This document shows positions 61,451 through 64,000 of a stretch of 64,000 bases of DNA, in pieces (positions within the stretch are counted from its first letter, which is position 1; each line of letters begins with the position of its first letter). The translations under genes were made by a program, and so were the position numbers. The notes beneath the pieces are model-generated. The model saw only the letters and a program-made list of their open reading frames with translations. It had not been told where the DNA came from and made no database searches. The stretch comes from an uncultured Bacteroidales bacterium (GTDB taxonomy: Bacteria > Bacteroidota > Bacteroidia > Bacteroidales > UBA932), in the NCBI GenBank assembly GCA_905235445.1, contig CAJOLJ010000018.1, positions 9,696 to 73,695 of the forward strand. Direction: 5' to 3'.

Positions 61451-62521
61451 CTATTCCCCAAGTTCCAGCGGTGCATTCGCCTCCAGGCTCTGGGTCTTGT
61501 TCATTAGACTTGTGAGCATCAGCATGTTGGCGGCAATCTCCACCACCTGCGCATTGTCGCTGCCGCTAAGTACATACCAGTTCAGGTCCGAGTCATCGAT
61601 GCTTTCCACGAAGGCAATGTCCGGGAACCTTTCCCTGATGCTCTCGCGGAACACTCTCGTATACTGGGCACAAAGGTCCTCCACCTCCGCCTCTATGCTC
61701 TCCTTGGCCATTGTGGCCTGTTCGCTGCGGTACTGGCTCTTCAGCTTGTCGTACTCGCTGCCGGAACGTATTTCCACTTTCTCTCCCTTGTCGCCGCTTA
61801 CCTTGAGGATTTCGCACATCTCGATATCCTCCTCGTCGGGTATCAGTTCACTGCTTATGTCATGGAGACGGGAGAACTTCACCCCATGGAAGATTATCCT
61901 TCCGCCCGAAGTGGCGAACTTGATTCTCGAGAAATCGATGCCGATGGAAGCCTTGTAGTAGAACTTGTGGATGTACAGGATCTTGCGCAGATAATCGGCC
62001 TTCCCGACCATGTTTTCCAGCAGTGAGCCTATCATGGAGACGTCTGGAATATCGAATGTTTCCCGGTCGAGGTCATCGATGTTCTCCTGCTTTACGATGT
62101 AGCCTTTCTTTGCGAACTCAAGTTGCTCCAGCTTGAAGGTGAATTTGATGTCGGAGGGCATGGTGGCGGTCTGCTGGCGGGTCTGGAGCTGCTGCTCGAG
62201 GTCCCTGTTCTGGGCTTCGAGGGTGGCAACCCTCTCCTGGAGAAGTCTTTCTTTCTCCTGTTTCAGGGAGAGTTCCTCCTGCTTGGCTGCCAGTGTGGAC
62301 TGCACCAGGTCATTGACCGGCTTGAAGGCCAGTGCCGTGAGGACCATGGTCACCGCGTTGGAAAGGGCGATTGCCATGGGGCTCAGTATCTTGGGGAAAG
62401 TGAGGAAAACGGCGATGTTCACGCCTATGAGAATCAGGCAGAGCCCGATCCAGATGTAGCTGCTTGTCCTGCGTCCCTCATCCAGGGTCGCCCCGACCTT
62501 CTTCTTGAAAAAAAGTCCCAT
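61451..62521 (-). CDS. Membrane-anchored coiled-coil protein, function unknown (possibly DUF4230-like C-terminal region)
   Basis: N-terminal TM helices (YIWIGLCLILIGVNIAVFLTF; AIALSNAVTMVLTALAF), a coiled coil (EELSLKQEKERLLQERVATLEAQNRDLEQQLQ), then a globular part with KASIGIDFSRIKF. Host-like GC. Confidence 0.55.
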   Translation of the reverse strand: MGLFFKKKVGATLDEGRRTSSYIWIGLCLILIGVNIAVFLTFPKILSPMAIALSNAVTMVLTALAFKPVNDLVQSTLAAKQEELSLKQEKERLLQERVATLEAQNRDLEQQLQTRQQTATMPSDIKFTFKLEQLEFAKKGYIVKQENIDDLDRETFDIPDVSMIGSLLENMVGKADYLRKILYIHKFYYKASIGIDFSRIKFATSGGRIIFHGVKFSRLHDISSELIPDEEDIEMCEILKVSGDKGEKVEIRSGSEYDKLKSQYRSEQATMAKESIEAEVEDLCAQYTRVFRESIRERFPDIAFVESIDDSDLNWYVLSGSDNAQVVEIAANMLMLTSLMNKTQSLEANAPLELGE

Positions 62522-62608
62522 CTGTTGCTGAAATACTGTTCCAGGTAGAGTGAAAAAGGGGAAAAACCCGTCTTCGGACTTTTCCCCTGCAAATTTTGTG
62601 CAAAGGCC

Positions 62609-64000
62609 TTAGAGCGTGACTCCGGACTTGAAGATTGCGATCTCCCTGATGCCGTTCTTCTCGTTATTCACCTCCCGTCCCTCGGCTACGCTGAGCACGT
62701 ACTCGATGAACCTTTCGGACACATCCTTCATGCTTTCCCCCTGGGCGAGAACCCCGGCGTTGAAGTCAATCCAGGTGGGTTTCTTCTCGAAGAGGGGAGT
62801 GTTGGTGGATATCTTCATCGTAGGGACGAAGGACCCGAAGGGGGTGCCGCGGCCTGTCGTGAAAAGGACTATCTGGCAGCCGGAGGAGGCCAAGGCGGTA
62901 GAGGCGACGAGGTCATTGCCGGGAGCCGACAGTAAGTTCAGCCCCTTCACCGACAGTCTCTTCCCATAGGGAAGCACGCCCCTCACTATGCTCTTGCCGC
63001 ATTTCTGGGTGCAGCCCAGAGACTTTTCCTCCAGGGTTGATATCCCGCCAGCCTTGTTCCCCGGGGAGGGATTCTCATAGACTGGCTGGCCAAGTTTCAT
63101 GAAGTATTCCTTGAAATTGTTTATGAGGTCAACCGTCCTGTGGAAAGTCTCCTCGTCCTGGCACCGGTTCATCAGAATGGTCTCAGCCCCGAACATCTCG
63201 GGAACCTCGGTGAGGACCGTTGTACCTCCCTGGGACACGATCCAGTCGGAGAACACACCCAGGAGCGGGTTCGCAGTGATTCCGGAAAGTCCGTCGGAAC
63301 CTCCGCATTTGAGTCCGACCCTCAGTTCACTGACCGGCACATCCGTCCTGCGGTCATCCTTGCAAGCCGCATAGATGTCCCGAAGCTGACTTACTCCGTA
63401 CTCAATCTCGTCACCCTCTATTTTCTGAAGTTCCATGAAGCGGACCCTGGCGGGATCTACTTCCCCGGCCAGTTCCTTGAAAGCCGGGAGCTGGTTGTTC
63501 TCGCAGCCGAGGGCAACGACCAGGACTCCTCCCGCATTGGGGTGATGCACCATGTCGCAGAGCACAGTACGGGTGTTCTCGTGGTCGCCTCCCAGCTGGG
63601 AGCATCCGTAGTTGTGGGGGAAGAACGTTATGCTGTCCACGCCTTCATGCTCTCCGACCTCCTTCTTGAAAGCCTCCGTTATTCGGGTGGCGATGCCGTT
63701 GACGCAGCCTACAGTAGGGATGACCCAGATTTCATTGCGGACGCCTACCTGGCCGTCAGCCCTGCGGAAGCCCTTGAAAGTACGGGGTTCGGTGCGTGGA
63801 ATCTCCACGAGGGCGGGACTGTAGGTGTAGTCCAGAAGACCCTCGAGGTTGGTCTTGATGCAGCAGTGGTCCAGCAGGGTCCCGGTCTGGGCATCGCATG
63901 TGACGTGACCGATGGGGAATCCGTACTTTATTACGTTCTCGCCTTCCTTGAAATCCTTCAGAGCGATCTTGTGGCCCCTCGGGATGTCCATCCTGAGGGT
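62609..64000 (-). CDS. uxaA: Altronate dehydratase (5' end beyond window edge)
   Basis: …IPRGHKIALKDFKEGENVIKYGFPIGH (SAF domain) and a C-terminal GD_AH domain (GCVNG, GGDHENT, LKCGGSDGLSGITANP, VLFTTGRGTP). The frame stays open past the first listed Met at 63991 to the window end. Confidence 0.9.
   Translation of the reverse strand, partial: TLRMDIPRGHKIALKDFKEGENVIKYGFPIGHVTCDAQTGTLLDHCCIKTNLEGLLDYTYSPALVEIPRTEPRTFKGFRRADGQVGVRNEIWVIPTVGCVNGIATRITEAFKKEVGEHEGVDSITFFPHNYGCSQLGGDHENTRTVLCDMVHHPNAGGVLVVALGCENNQLPAFKELAGEVDPARVRFMELQKIEGDEIEYGVSQLRDIYAACKDDRRTDVPVSELRVGLKCGGSDGLSGITANPLLGVFSDWIVSQGGTTVLTEVPEMFGAETILMNRCQDEETFHRTVDLINNFKEYFMKLGQPVYENPSPGNKAGGISTLEEKSLGCTQKCGKSIVRGVLPYGKRLSVKGLNLLSAPGNDLVASTALASSGCQIVLFTTGRGTPFGSFVPTMKISTNTPLFEKKPTWIDFNAGVLAQGESMKDVSERFIEYVLSVAEGREVNNEKNGIREIAIFKSGVTL

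Noticed and set aside
1-64000. rRNA, tRNA, tmRNA, RNase P or SRP RNA genes
   Set aside because: The non-coding gaps were scanned by eye for cloverleaf-like acceptor/T-arm pairs and for conserved cores such as the RNase P GAGGAAAGUCC-type motif. Nothing convincing was found. A tRNAscan or Infernal run would be the proper check.

Overview
This is a high-GC Bacteroidales-type chromosomal segment. It has a SusC/SusD pair, many lipoprotein signal peptides, and TAnnTTTG -7 promoter boxes in front of most first genes. I found no rRNA, tRNA or CRISPR array. Gene order, left to right: (1) a TPR protein, an MBL hydrolase and a small lipoprotein. (2) A decayed locus where an AAA-ATPase/PD-(D/E)XK gene was hit by an ISAzo13-type IS that was later half-deleted and frameshifted. 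(3) A compact three-gene phosphonate module: a nucleotidyltransferase + cytidylyltransferase + PEP-mutase fusion, phosphonopyruvate decarboxylase, and an Fe-alcohol dehydrogenase in place of the usual aminotransferase. (4) A GH2 glycosidase. (5) An arylacetate cluster of iorA, iorB, two paaK paralogs and an ACT protein. (6) A LicD-family phosphotransferase, a flippase and a small membrane protein, followed by an FMN-binding protein. (7) An AT-rich orphan gene with a winged-helix segment. (8) A MalY/PatB lyase, a MATE exporter, an esterase, and a UvrD-type helicase carrying a DEDDh exonuclease domain. (9) An ~850 bp non-coding tract holding a promoter-to-terminator small-RNA candidate. (10) A GH53 galactanase, a frameshifted secreted HExxH protein, pckA and a RecQ-family helicase. 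(11) A pectin utilisation locus: GH28, CE8, GH105, PL1, SusC, SusD, an 1800-aa four-module surface lipoprotein, kduD, kduI and a DUF4861-like gene. (12) An accessory block: an Rpn-like nuclease with a 21-bp in-frame tandem repeat, a membrane transporter, two small genes, and an AT-rich type II restriction-modification pair. (13) A membrane coiled-coil protein and a 5'-truncated uxaA. All family calls rest on motifs read by eye from the translations. No database search was run.
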